Source: Octopus sinensis (taxonomy: Eukaryota). From it: a stretch of DNA of 64,000 nucleotides. The stretch is taken from contig NC_043008.1 of assembly GCF_006345805.1 (NCBI RefSeq), positions 74,462,001 to 74,526,000 on the forward strand, given 5' to 3'. How positions within the stretch are numbered: position 1 is the stretch's first letter; each line of letters opens with the position of its first letter. Positions 51,242-64,000 of the stretch are shown piece by piece. Both the position numbers and the translations under genes were made by a program. Under the pieces are notes generated by a model. That model did not search any database, was not told the origin of the DNA, and saw nothing but the letters and a program-made list of their open reading frames with translations.

Positions 51242-51500
51242 GGTATGTGTTTAGCTAGTTCGTGAGTAGGCTGCGCTTATAGGCGTAAAAGAATATTCTC
51301 ATCCATGCGCCTGGTGTTAAAACACAAGTCACTCACAAAAATTACGAAATATCGATGTTTATTGCTCCTGAATTGGATCTGATACGAGTTGCCTCGCTTG
51401 TCCATGACTTCCAGATGTTTTAACACCAAGCGCATGGATAAGAATATATTCTCTTACGCCTATAAGCACACCCTACCAACGAACTAGCAAAACACACACC
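51242..51500. mobile_element. MITE/foldback-like element with ~83-bp imperfect TIRs
   Basis: 51242-51324 is the imperfect reverse complement of 51416-51500 (gctagttcgt..cttataggcgtaa..atccatgcgc(c/t)tggtgttaaaaca); no TSD found. Confidence 0.75.
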
Positions 51501-52860
51501 TTGTGTATGTGTGTTCGATATTGTTTTTATTCCTCGAGCTGCATCGAAATCATATTTGAATATATATATGATGGTGGGGTTCTTCATTCCCCCTGCGTGA
51601 CCCTAAGAGAGTTATTGCTTGTGATTAATAGAACATGTTCCACACGCCGGTGGGTCTACACACTGGCTCACTTCTTAATTCAACATCCTTTTGTATGTTG
51701 CCCTGTAAAGAGCCAGTGGTGACTACGTGGTGATCAGGCTTTACGCTTGAAAAAAAAAATGGCACTGTCGCATTAGGAGAGAATTACACACATGGTTACC
51801 TCCCTTTAACTCAAGTGGCTACTAGGCAGCTACCTTCGCCTTTGAATAGAATAAGGTACTTTATTCGCAAGCCCACAGACATAAAACATGCGCATGCGCA
51901 CATAGGCACATACACACGCGCGTACATACTGACATACATATGGACGCATATTGGTCAATATTATGGAATATGACATTACGTTTAATGATTTTCGTTTCCT
52001 GGTTTCTGCTTTCCGTCACGGAACAGGAGTAAGAGACACTTAAAGAATGAGGGTGTCATATTGAGCACAGGAGCAGACGAACGCATTCAGTGTTATGAAG
52101 AAAATATAGAGAAAAAGATTAGCAGAAGCCGTTGGTAGACACTCTGAAAATGAGAAACGAGAAAGTACAATCCAGTGCAACAAATCGTTTCTCTAATGAC
52201 CTTCAATCCGCATTTCATTCTCCAAAGCAAAACTTTTCGAAAGAGAAGCCATAGCTGTCACTCGCAAGCGCGTTAGACTTGATAGCATCATAGGTTCGCT
52301 TATTCTTTTAGACGGTTTTGTAGTGGTAAGACACAGATGCCCTCTCGAAGCAGAATTCTACTGATATCTTCATGCTTTTGTTTCTGTTACATTATTCTCC
52401 ATTAATAAACTTTATGATTAGAAATTTGTCAGTAGAAGTATTTTTTGATTAATATCTCATAAACATCATCCAGTTTCTATTTATATGTTTATTTACTATG
52501 GTTTCTTTCTCTTTTGTAAAATATTGTTGCTGTTTAACCCACCGCATTCTCATCGATATAAATCTTTGTAACCGATTTTCCACATTTTACAAAGAAAAAT
52601 TATTATCTCTCCTGGCTGCATTCTTTTATAAAAATTTTATGATTAAAAATTCCTAAGTAGGATTAATTATGTCTTCTTTATTAATATTCTTTTTTCAAAA
52701 GATGTCATTACTGTTTGCGTCAGTTGAAGTAATTATGCCATACACATGTACAAACAAACACATACACCCACACACACACAAATATATATATAGTATATTA
52801 TATATGTGTGTGTATGTATGTGTGTATATATATATATATATGCACATATATACAAAATAT

Positions 52861-52891
<31 letters not shown>

Positions 52892-54297
52892 CTGTGTTTA
52901 CTTCTTAAAATTATTGTTGTTGCTTTACTCTACATTCTCTTCAATGTAAATCTTTCTAACTGGCTTTTCACATTTTACGAGGTAAAAAAGATGAGACAAA
53001 TTTAATTTTCTTCTCTTCTTTCTGATTAGGACTTTTTTAGTAAAGGCTTTTTCTTTTTTCTTTTTCTTTTTTTTTTTGTAATTAATGTCTCATTACGTAT
53101 ATCATCCAATTTTGTTTTTAGAATCACTCTTGTTAGAATTCCTTTTTTTTTCTTCTTTTCTTAAATATCGTTATTTACTTCTACATTCTCTTCGGTGTAA
53201 ACCATTGTAACTGAGTTTTTATTTTTAGTAGGGAAACCCATCTATCCAAGGATTTCTCGGCCAACCTCCATCGCAGCGCATGCTTCACTCTGCATTTCTT
53301 ACTCTGTACGATTACGAGCATGGAAGACTTGGATGAAAAGCGGTGGTGATTTGTGCAGTAGAAGCTGCTTGGTAAAGCGTATGGCAAATAGAGTCATAAA
53401 CATGAGAAACGCGTAACTGAAACTGTTCAAATAAACAAGCAATTGCGAGAAAACAGGACATGTTCAAAGTAAAAGGCTATAGTTCGAACTGTAGAAAGAT
53501 GACAAAGATTATCTAAAAAGCTAGCAGTGGATATGATTTGGAGAAGAGGTGCCTTAAAGCAACTGCAAGAAAGCCTAACGTTAGGAAGAAGGGAAATAAT
53601 TAAAATATAAATAAATTACAACATAGGAAGAAACAAAGGCTAGGATGGTAAAACAATATGAAAAACTCAGGCATTGCCAATTTAAAATACCAAGGAAATA
53701 AAACGGTTAGAAACAGACAACGGATCAAAAACAAAGAGAAGAAAATAATTTCAACATCTGACAAGGAATATAAATATTATTCAAAATAAAATGAATTCAA
53801 AAGTTTAATTCAGTCAACAACAACAGTCTTCTCACGTCATTCACGAGGAGCCATGAGTATTGTCTGGCAATTTTGTAGTAGTATATATTTTTTGCCAGAT
53901 ATAAGTATGCGTGTATACATTATATATATATATATATATATGTATTACATATATGTGGGGGTGGGGTGGGAGCAGATATAGTGATAGAGAAATGAATGTA
54001 TGTCTGTATCTATATGTGTGCATACATTCGTTGTTGATGTTATGTACATTGTTTAGTATAATTTTTACTATTTTACTATTGTATTTGTTACTCTTATTAT
54101 TTTCTATCCGTATTATAACATATACACACAGACACACACATATATGCTGGATGGCAGTGGTTCACCCCCTTACTCGCAATATATCAGACACAGCTACAAA
54201 CCAGCTACAAAAGAGGTTTTCCTGGGGTTAAAATGTGGTAACATGGTTCTAGATGGAACAGCCACGCAGAAATGGCAACAAACATTACTGTATATAT

Positions 54298-54379
<82 letters not shown>

Positions 54380-54380
<1 letters not shown>

Positions 54381-54505
54381 CGTGGCAATGTGTCGGTTAT
54401 GACGACGAGGTTCCAGTTGATCCTGCTCGTGAAATTAATGTGTAGGAGGCTGAGCACTCATGCGTGTACCCTTAATGTAGTTCTCGGAGAGATCCAGTGT
54501 GATTT
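54380..54505 (-). mobile_element. SINE family C tail fragment
   Basis: gacgacgagggttccagttgatcc-like segment..ctgctcgtgaaattaa..cttaatgtagttctcggagagat. Confidence 0.7.
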
Positions 54506-54689
54506 GAATAGTTCTAAGAAATAAGCATACGCAATTTAATTTATGAGAAATTTACTAACATGAATGGGTTATCTCCCTTGAATATATATTAGGATCCATT
54601 TCAGAAGCGAATGGCTTATTTCCCTTGAATGATTAAAAATAGTATATCATTTATATGCAGTAGATAGAAGAATCCCCTCCAGTGGCCCT

Positions 54690-54830
54690 ATTATCAATTT
54701 TTTCAACAATCTAAGTATATCACTAGTTTTCCAGACATGAGTTCTACTCACGTATCAAGTTTCATCAAAATCGATAAAACTATGTAAGAGGAGTTAGATA
54801 ACAACGCCACAAACAAAAACACCCACATAT
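54690..54830. mobile_element. Helitron/Helentron-like non-autonomous fragment
   Basis: Contains gtatcaagtttcatcaaaatcg, resembling the core of DINE-1/HINE-type elements; short. Confidence 0.4.
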
Positions 54831-54871
54831 TTATATGTATATGTATATATGTATATATATATAGGAAAGAA

Positions 54872-54904
<33 letters not shown>

Positions 54905-54907
<3 letters not shown>

Positions 54908-55378
54908 TTATTTCCTTTTACTTGTCATTACCAAACCACTATGTTATGGGAAAGCCATCGCACCAGCATCCGCTGTCAAGCCGTGGTGGAGGGACAAATA
55001 CAGACGCAAAGACACACACACACACACATCTCACATACACAGATATATATATGTATATTTATATATATATATATATATATCAATTATAACAAAAGGTAAA
55101 TTGCAACAAGTTGCTGAAACCCACATACCGAAAATATTAGAAATAGCACCCAGATAGGTCACTATTTCTACTATTAGTAAAAAAGTCTCCGCAAACAAAC
55201 AGAATTTGTAACCCATATGTGTTAAATAGAAAGAAGACAAAGACATCCCAGCCTATTGGATTAATTATGGACGAATCCGTTTCTGGATTAGTCATTTCCT
55301 TGTCAACATATTTCCTATAAATCTAGAAATGCTAGGAAAAAAAATATATATATACATATATAGACATACATACATATA

Positions 55379-55424
<46 letters not shown>

Positions 55425-55566
55425 CGACGAGCTTCTTTCAGTTCCCGTCTGCCAAATCCACTCACATAGTTTCGGTCGGCCCATGGCTATAGTAGAAGAC
55501 ACTTGCTCAAGATGCCTTGTAGTTGGACTGAACCTGGAACTCTGTGCTCGGGAAGCAATCCACGCC
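54905..55566 (-). mobile_element. SINE family A split by a ~260-bp insertion in its internal microsatellite
   Basis: Tail half 54905-55030 and head half ~55425-55566, with unrelated sequence at 55080-55340. Confidence 0.7.
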
Positions 55567-55639
55567 ATACATACATACATACATACACACACACACATAC
55601 ATACATACATACATACATGCATACATACATTCATACATA

Positions 55640-56929
55640 CGAGGGACGTTCAATAAGTAATGCTCCTGACCCACTTGTAGTTGTTTGATCTAGCTGAAGT
55701 TTTGCATGTGTAATTATTTATATCTCTATGGATTAAGTGGCAAATTACAGCTCTGAACTCTGTGGTTTCTGATTAACAGGTGTTTGAACAGAGTCAAGTG
55801 TGAAATGGAGCCAGTTGAGTGTCGCACAGTGATCCGGTTTTTGTATTTGAAAGGACGCACACCACGGGAGACTTTTGATGAAATGAAAGTAACTTATGGT
55901 GATGATGCCTCATCATATGCCCTTGTAAAACGCTGGCATCGTGAATTCAAACATGGTCGGAACTCTGTGGAAACAGCTCCCAGATCTGGTCGCCCCCTTC
56001 TGCCGTTGATGAGACGTCTGTCCGTCAAGTTGAGGCTGCCATTTTGGAAGGTCAACGCATAACTATTCGCCAAATAGCCCATAAGGTCAAGATTAGTACC
56101 GGGTCTGTGGAAACTATCATTCATGACCATTAGCATATGCAAAAGGTGTCTGCCAGATGGATTCCCAGGTTGCTCACACCTTTCCAGAAGCAAGAACGCG
56201 TTGAGTGCTCGAGGATGAATTTGGAGATGTGCAAAGAAGATGAGTCAAAACTTTTCAAAAGACTGATTACACAGGATGAAACCTGGGTCCATCACGATGA
56301 TCTAGAGACCAAAGCCCAGCCAATGCAGTGGAAGCACCGTGACTCACCTCCTCCAAAGAAGGCAAGGGTGCAGCCCTCTGCTGGCAAGGTCATGCTCACA
56401 GTCTTCTGGGACCAGGACTGAGTAGTGATGACAGATTTCCTGGCAAAGAGTATCACAATTACAGAAGCCTATTATGCTTCACTTTTGAAGAAATTATGAG
56501 AAGCTATCAAAATCAAGAGGTGGCGCGAGATCAGCAAAGGCATCCTCCTCCTGCAGGACAACGCTCCAGTTCACAACTCGCATGTCGCCAGATCAGAAGC
56601 ACAGGCGTGCGGCTATGAACTCCTACCCCATCCCCCCTACACCCCTGACTTTTCACCCTCTGATTTTCACCTCTTTCCAGCCATGAAGTTGTTTTTGAAA
56701 GGAAAGCGTTTCCCAGATGATGCAGCCTTGATTTCTGAAGTCACATCGTGGTTGGAGGACCAAACTGGGGTCTTCTACAAAAACGGTCTCCAGAGCTGCA
56801 TCAAACAATGGGAGAAAGGTGTAACTCTGGGTGGTTCCTATGTAGAAAAAGACTAATAACTGTGCTAAGTTTCGTTGCTCTACTACTATGGGAAGTGGGT
56901 CAGGAGCATTACTTATTGAACGCCCCTCG
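55640..56929 (+). mobile_element. Near-complete mariner element (1290 bp), probably irritans-like
   Basis: ~37-bp TIRs cgaggg(a/g)cgttcaataagtaatgctcctgacccactt with 1 mismatch; TA on both sides; inserted in (CATA)n. Confidence 0.95.
55805..56856 (+). pseudogene. Mariner D,D34D transposase with one frameshift and three in-frame stops
   Basis: MEPVECRTVIRFL..RSGRP; WIPRLL; ITQDETWVHH; LQDNAP-(34 aa spacing)-PSDFHLF; ends YVEKD*. Confidence 0.95.
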
Positions 56930-57548
56930 TACATACATACATACATACATACATACATACATACATACATACATACATACATACATACATACATACATAC
57001 ATACATACATGCATACATACATGCATACATATGCATGTATGTATATGTATATTTATTAAATTAAATGACAAAGAACATAAATTTGCCTCTTGATTAACTT
57101 ACAAAATGCTCTACTTCCTACAAACACAGAATGAAAATTTCTTTCATGATAATATGAAATTGTGATATTATCTCTAACTTCTTAGACATGATTGGCACAA
57201 GCGAAAGCGTTCAAGTATGTAAATATCTTATTGTAAATATTGTAAATATGTAAATATTGTCTAGCATAAATTTTCTTTGCATTTTACTTCAGGTTATATT
57301 TTTCACAACAGTTTACCAAGTGGCAAATCTTAATTAACGAACCTTTCCACTCGCTTGCAGTGGAAAGGTTATTTCCCTTCTCAGTAAATAGAGCATGTGC
57401 TCTGAGGCTAAAATATTCTTGGCTCTTATTTCTAGCAATGCTGGTGTTCCCTGCTACGTTTGTCACATTTTAGTGACTGTGTGTTATTTCCCTTTCGGTT
57501 TTGAATTTCATCTAGCCACCTTAATCATTTTAAATATATACATCTTTT

Positions 57549-57958
57549 ATCCTTTACTTGTTTCGGTAATTTGACTGCGGCCATGCCCCCAAGGAACTTA
57601 GTCGAACAAATTGACACTAGGGCTTTTTAACGCCTAATACTTATTCTATCCGTCTCTTTTGCCGAAATGCTATGTCACGGTGATGTGAACGTACCAGCAC
57701 CGATGGCCAAGCGGTTATAAGGAACAAATACAGGCATAAACGCACACACACATAGATATATACATACACACACACATATATATATGTATTTATATATATA
57801 TATATATATATATGAGGCAAGATTCTTTCAGTTTCCGTTTACCACATCTACTCACAAGGTTTTGGTCAGCCCGAGGGTCTAGCAGGAGACACTTGCCTGA
57901 GGCACTACGCAGTGGGACTGAACCTGGAAACGTATGACTGGGAAGCAAACTTGTTACC
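57549..57958 (-). mobile_element. SINE family A, near full length
   Basis: tttacttgtttcggtaatttgactgcggccatg..(CA/TA)n..ttcagtttccgtttacc..cgcagtgggactgaacc. Confidence 0.85.
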
Positions 57959-58044
57959 TGACAAATACATATATATATGTATATATATATATATATGTAT
58001 GAACAGGAATTAATCTTCTCTCTTCGCTCTTATACGCCATTTGG

Positions 58045-58330
58045 TCTCAACTCTCCCCCCCTCCTCATCTAACCCCCCTCTCCCCCCTCCTCACCTATCC
58101 TTTCTCCCCCCGACCCCTACTTCTTCAGTCCTTCATCCTTTCACCCCTACTCCCCTTCCCTTCTTCCCTCTTTCTCCCTCCCTCTTCCCCTTCCCTCTGC
58201 TCCCTCACTCCCTCTCTCCCCCTCTCCCTCTTTCCTCCTTCATCCCCCTCCTCCCCTTCCTTCTCCCCCATCCTCTCCTCTTCCCCCTTCTCCTCCCCCT
58301 CTCATCCCCCTCCCCCTCTTCTCCTCACTA
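58045..58330. repeat. C/T-only polypyrimidine tract with many C3-C6 runs
   Basis: Direct reading; G-rich on the minus strand. Confidence 0.9.
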
Positions 58331-58369
58331 CACCACATGACTTTACACATCACATCACATATGATGTGC

Positions 58370-58700
58370 CATACTAATACACACACCAACTAATACATAC
58401 TAATACGTACTAATACATACTAGTACATACTAATACTTACACCAACCCTATACATACACACGTCCAGACCCCGCATACGCACTTATACTCTCTCACACAC
58501 ACACACACATACCTATACATACCAATACGTACTAATACATACTAATACATACTAATACATACACCAACCCCATACATACGCATGTCCAGACCAATCTTAC
58601 GCACTAATACTCTCTCATACACACACACACACACACACACCCTTATACATACTAATACATACACCAACCCTATACATACACACATCCAGACCCCTCCCAC
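58370..58700. repeat. Composite minisatellite (3 copies of a ~100-120-bp unit with tactaataca sub-repeats)
   Basis: accaaccc(t/c)atacatac..tccagacc recurs at about 58441, 58563 and 58664. Confidence 0.8.
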
Positions 58701-58876
58701 GCACTTTTAGCTGGTCCCTCAACCCTTTTATCAACCCTATTATCTCCCCTTATTTCGCTCTCGCGTCTCATGTTTGATCTTTGACCTCTGGCCGAAATCA
58801 GATCGCCATGTTGATTCGTTAGCTACTGCACGCATTTTTTTCTCTCCTTCTTTCTGTGTTTTTCTCTCTCTGTGTA

Positions 58877-58914
58877 TCTTTCTGTTGAAGAGCGTAGGCT
58901 CGAAACGTTAAAGA
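58877..58914 (+). ncRNA. Minimal hammerhead-like motif with a core variant
   Basis: tcttt-CTGTTGA-a-gagc gtag gctc-GAA-ACGT-T-aaaga: perfect stems I and II, A6 replaced by U. Confidence 0.55.
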
Positions 58915-59009
58915 CTTGTTTTATTTATATTTCCTGAGCGCCATACTATACAATTGTTCGTTTGTTTTCCACCTGCCTTCGTCTTTTGTTTATTTTCATA
59001 AAGCTTCCC

Positions 59010-59011
59010 GG

Positions 59012-59072
<61 letters not shown>

Positions 59073-59144
59073 TATATATAGATATATATATATATATCTA
59101 TATATATATATATATATATATATCTATATATATATATATATATA

Positions 59145-59178
<34 letters not shown>

Positions 59179-59216
59179 CTATATATATATATACACACAT
59201 ATATATATACACACTA

Positions 59217-59256
<40 letters not shown>

Positions 59257-59280
59257 GTATATACACATACACACACACAT
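59010..59280. repeat. (TA)n microsatellite
   Basis: Direct reading. Confidence 0.95.
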
Positions 59281-60500
59281 ATCATAATACGCTTATATTA
59301 CATTGCTACAACCACAAGATCTACAACGTCGTAATAATAGTGAAATTATAAATTCTAGTGAAGAAATGAAAAAACACACTTGACATGTCGATGGTCTATT
59401 GTAAAACCAAGCGAGTTATCTCCCCACGTTAACTTTTATTTTGAAAGTTTGTTTATCGAAGACGATGTATATTTATTGAGCAGCTTCTTTCACTCATAAA
59501 TCATAGCAATTCTAGTGTTTTATTCAATAATTGATTGACTGCCATTATTTCAACTATGACTGCAGCTCTGAAAATCTCGTCTTTTGAATCACTTCTTGAA
59601 AATACGACGCATTGTTTGTCAGTCTTAGTTTTCTTTTTCTTTCTTTTACTTTTCTTTTTTTCTTAATGTTTTCTGTTTAATATATTCAATTATTTATTTT
59701 CTTATTCATGTTTGCTACTCGATGCTATAGAAACTTACTTAGGGAAAAATCAATGATCGTCTCATAACATTGGTCTAAACCGTGAGTTAATATTGTTGTT
59801 GTTGTTGTTGCTGCTGCTGCTACCACTGCTGCCGCTGCTACCAATGCTGCTGCTGCTGTTGTTGTTGTTGATTTACTTGAAGGCGAATTAAATGTGTTTA
59901 TAATTTTCACCTTAAAAGTTTGTTTTGTTGTTTAATACTAGATCATCTTTCATTGAGCAAACATTTGATCATATGCCTTCCAGTCGTGGCCATCTAGTTT
60001 TGATTAGATGTATCTCTTTTACACTTTAAAGGTGTAGAGTATGATTTGTGGAAGATTTCCTGCTTTTCCTCGTAAATCGAATGAGCGCAAAGCGGGTCTC
60101 TCTTCCACAAATCAGAAATGATTGGGAATTCAACGAAATATTTTGTTGCTGCTTAAAGGAAAATTATATTTTTGAAGGTTGAATATGGTTTCTGGTTCGT
60201 TATTTCTTAATTCCTTGATGTATGACGTATTATATAATTATTAACGATCACTTACTACCAATATTTATACTAACATACTACTTCATAATACATGTGGGAT
60301 ATATGCGTACACGCACATACACACACACATACACATAAACACACACGCATGTAAACAGACACACCGACATACACATACACGCATATTTATAATACATATA
60401 CGTAATATGTATATATATATTTATACACACACTCACATATTCGCAGATATAGATATATGCATATATACATATATGTGTGTGAGTGCGTGCGTGCGTGTGC

Positions 60501-60543
<43 letters not shown>

Positions 60544-61009
60544 ATATATGTAGAGAGGCAAGTTTTGTCTAGCGAATGTTTCAAAAAAAGATGGGTTAAT
60601 GTAACAAGGATGGCACGCATGAGTGACGAAGCCACCTTGAGTGTATTCCTATGAACCCGAAACAATCTAAAACAGAGAGTTACTTACTTGCAAATAAATG
60701 TGTTAACATCTGACATTATTGATCGAGGTTACCGTGGTCTTTTCCGTAGGCTCTTCTTTCCTCGGATAAACCCTATCTGTTTCCCCCATTACACTTTACA
60801 TCATCACATTTCAGTGATACATGATCTCTATTGACAGTTTTTTTTCTTTCCTTTTAACGATCCCTTTTTGATCGAAAACCTACCCACCCCGTTTTATTTC
60901 TTTTATTTTCTATTTTGAATTGAAATGTTTTTCTCCCCAAAAAGAAAATCTCTACTGTGTAATTTGTCCCCTCTGTATTCAGCCCTGTGTGACTAATAAA
61001 GAAACATAG

Positions 61010-61043
<34 letters not shown>

Positions 61044-61424
61044 CATATATATATATAAGGACAAAACAAAAAAATTTCTATGCCAATACGCTGAAAAATA
61101 GACTTTGGATAGTCCAACCACATACAATATTTTCCACTATAAATACACAGCGTGTTGAAACGAGGAAAGCAAGCGAACAGAATTTTTTTATTTTTCAGCA
61201 TATTGGGATAGAAAAGTATTTTCTTCTGCACTTATTTATAATTGTTTATAACTTTCACCTAAAAGTGTATTTTGATATGCTGGCTGTTTTTGAAAGATTG
61301 CTTTTGAAAGATTGTTTTTGAAAAAGTTCATCTTTATCTCAGAAATATATATATACACTTACATGGAAATGGATGCGTCACGTTCAGTTAAATAATAAAT
61401 AGTAAGATATATACATATATATAC

Positions 61425-61800
61425 ATGGCACTCCGTCGCTTACGACGACAAGGGTTCCCGTTAATCCGATCAACAGAACAGACTGCTCGTGAAATTAACG
61501 TGCAAGTAGCTGAGCACTCCACAGACACGTGTACCCTTAACGTAGTTCTCGGGGAGATTCAACGTGACACAGAGTGTAACAAGGCTGGCCCTTTGAATTA
61601 CAGGCACAACATAAACAGGAAGTAAGAGTGAGGGACGTTGTGATGAAAGAGTACAGCAGGGTTCGCCACCATCCCCTGCCGGAGCCTCGTGGCGCTTTAG
61701 GTGTTTTCACTCAATAAGCACTCAGAAGTCCTGGTCTGGGAATCGAAACCGCTATCCTATGACCGCGAGTCCGCTGCCCTAACCATTGGGCCATTGTTAC
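61425..61800 (-). mobile_element. SINE family C
   Basis: ggcactccgtcgcttacgacg..gtgcaagtagctgagcactccacag; head gggaatcgaaacc..ctaaccattgggcca on the minus strand. Confidence 0.8.
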
Positions 61801-61845
61801 TCCCCCCCACACACATATATATAAACGTATCTATCTATCTATCTA

Positions 61846-61881
<36 letters not shown>

Positions 61882-62633
61882 CACATACATGCATATATGG
61901 ATACATGACGTCACCAACGGTGCAAATAATATGAAATACGTAGTCAACGAGAAAAAATGGAAAACAGGAAAGGTAAACACAGAGAAAGGACCCTTCATTA
62001 GTTGTCGGCTGTCTATCTACTCCTCATTTCGAGCATTCAACGGCAATTATTTCCATAAATTCTAAAATAAAATATTTCTCACAGCGTTTACTATTTTCCT
62101 TTTGTTCTGGTCTAACGACCCTTTATGTTTGTTTCCTGTTCGGTGTCCACTGTCATGTTTCTGTTCCCAACTTTGACCCTCTAAAAATCCTAAATTTTAT
62201 TTTAGAATTTATAGGAGCAACTGTCTTTCAAGACTCATATTGTCGTTGAATGCTTGAAATGAGGAGTAGAGCAAGAGCAGGAAGACCAAGTAATCCTTCA
62301 AAATGTTCAAGATGCCTGTTTTGATATGCTAAAAATGCTGTAAATTCTCTGCAGAACAGTAAGTTCCATTTCCAGAACATTCACGATCTCCCGAAGAATG
62401 CCATGTTCATGAAACAGGAAATAGAATATGAAAAATCTAGAAAGTCTCAGAAACACGAGTTGCAAAATTCGAATATATGTAACATCAATAGTAAGCAAAT
62501 TGTGTTGGTAGACAGCCGACAGCTGATAAAGTCTTTTCTCTGTGTTTACTTGTCGTTTTCCATTTTTCTCGTTGTTTATGTATTTCATATTATTTGCACT
62601 GTTGGTGACATCCTATACCTATATATGTATATA

Positions 62634-62687
<54 letters not shown>

Positions 62688-62689
62688 GT

Positions 62690-64000
62690 GGGGTGTATAA
62701 AAAGCTCTGAGCCTTCATGTCTTGTACCTTCATCAGTAGTCTTGTACCGTGTCTTGTGTTTTTGAGAATCTTCATACACCCGGCGGGACATGAAGAACCT
62801 AATACTCCCTAGAAAATTCCTTATCAAAGAAATAAGGGGTGAAACACTAGAAGAAGCAACAATACGTGCAAACCTAGCCCTTTGCCGACTAGAAACGGAA
62901 ATTTCCCTTCTACAAACACGAAGTTTACCCCTGGAAGATAAGATTAAAGCAATTGATATCGTCATAATGGTCGAAATAACAGAAAGAAACAATAACCAAA
63001 ACAATGAAAAAATACAACAATTATGGAAAGAGGATACCAAACGAGAGGAGGAAAGATCCAGAATTATGTGGACCAAACAACAGGAGTGGTTTTTAAACTA
63101 CGAAAAGAACTATGGGGAAAAATCAATTATGAAGACAAAAAAAACTACGAAAACAAATGGAAAAATACAACAGACCAATATCACGAACATATTTGACACC
63201 CAGACATCAAAATAAGCCCTACCAAACACATGCCAAAAGCCCGCTCCTTACAGTGCCGAACCTCCCAATAAACAAACACACAAACTAGGAAAGACGACCA
63301 TCAACCCAAAACCCCACAAAAACAAACACACAAGCAACAAGACGAGCACGATACATACAACCAACAACCTATAACACTTGGAGAGAATAAACAGAATATG
63401 AACAACCACCAACACATAACACTGGACATCCTAAATGGATACACACATGGAACAATAAACATGTGGATAGAAATCAAGACATAACCTACAACAAACATCG
63501 AGGAAATCCAAACCATACAAACACCAACCCCATGCGACCCCACAAATTTACAAGATGGATAAAAAAAACAACATCCATACCAATACAAACACAAAACATG
63601 AACTATCCATCTACCCACAAAGAAACCTGAACCCCAGTAATAGAAATTGGCACAACAAACATAGAAGATGGGAAGAAAACAACTGCTGAAGACAAAACAA
63701 CACATACAGACCATCTCTACTGCTACAAGAAAACCTAAGACCTGAAAATGAAAGCACAACCCCTTTTTTAGGGAGAGGATACTTCAACCATACTCCAGAC
63801 CCAATACACCAAAAATTCCGAATGGATACACAAAACACATAGACCCCAAAATAATAAACTTATCTAAAAGAGAACTTGACGAAAATGAAATGAACCTATT
63901 ACTAAAAGGCCTCAAATTTACACCCACATCCACTCCAAATCTCATAGAACTAAAAACTGATATAGACAACTTCAGCCGCCACCTCCGATTTATGGAATTC
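62690..64000 (+). mobile_element. Penelope-like element 5' part, frameshifted and cut off by the window end
   Basis: 63841-64000 translates IINLSKRELDENEMNLLLKGLKFTPT..DIDNFSRHLRFMEF, the conserved N-terminal region preceding Penelope RT; broken ORF from 62790. Confidence 0.8.

Noticed and set aside
51889-51900. Perfect NRF1-type palindrome tgcgcatgcgca
   Set aside because: Embedded in a degenerate CA/CG dinucleotide run, with no promoter context.
62715-62740. Minus-strand gactaCTGATGAagg at the Penelope 5' end
   Set aside because: No GAAA box follows; the region is disrupted by a gtcttgtacc duplication.

Overview
AT-rich, intergenic or intronic animal DNA, dense in di-, tri- and tetranucleotide microsatellites. 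It is most likely an Octopus genome; this is an inference from the SINE families and microsatellite load. No intact host protein-coding gene could be supported, and most ORFs in the track are translated microsatellites or transposon debris. Recognisable DNA transposons: a full-length but broken Chapaev3 with TIRs and a 3-bp TSD (12771-14939), four mariner copies including a near-complete D,D34D element (55640-56929), tandem Helitron remnants with a Pif1-type helicase fragment, and a long-TIR MITE. Recognisable retroelements: three R4/Dong-type restriction-endonuclease LINE 3' ends in (TAA)n arrays, CR1/L2-type and RTE LINE fragments, several Penelope-like fragments (RT, GIY-YIG, N-terminus) and at least three tRNA-derived SINE families. 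Best leads: (i) minimal dimer-type hammerhead ribozyme folds at Penelope-like ends (44414-44459, 58877-58914, degenerate 34046-34087); (ii) a SINE and a LINE sharing a 3' tail with a covarying stem-loop; (iii) microsatellite arrays repeatedly acting as insertion sites, including a non-coding ~530-bp family.
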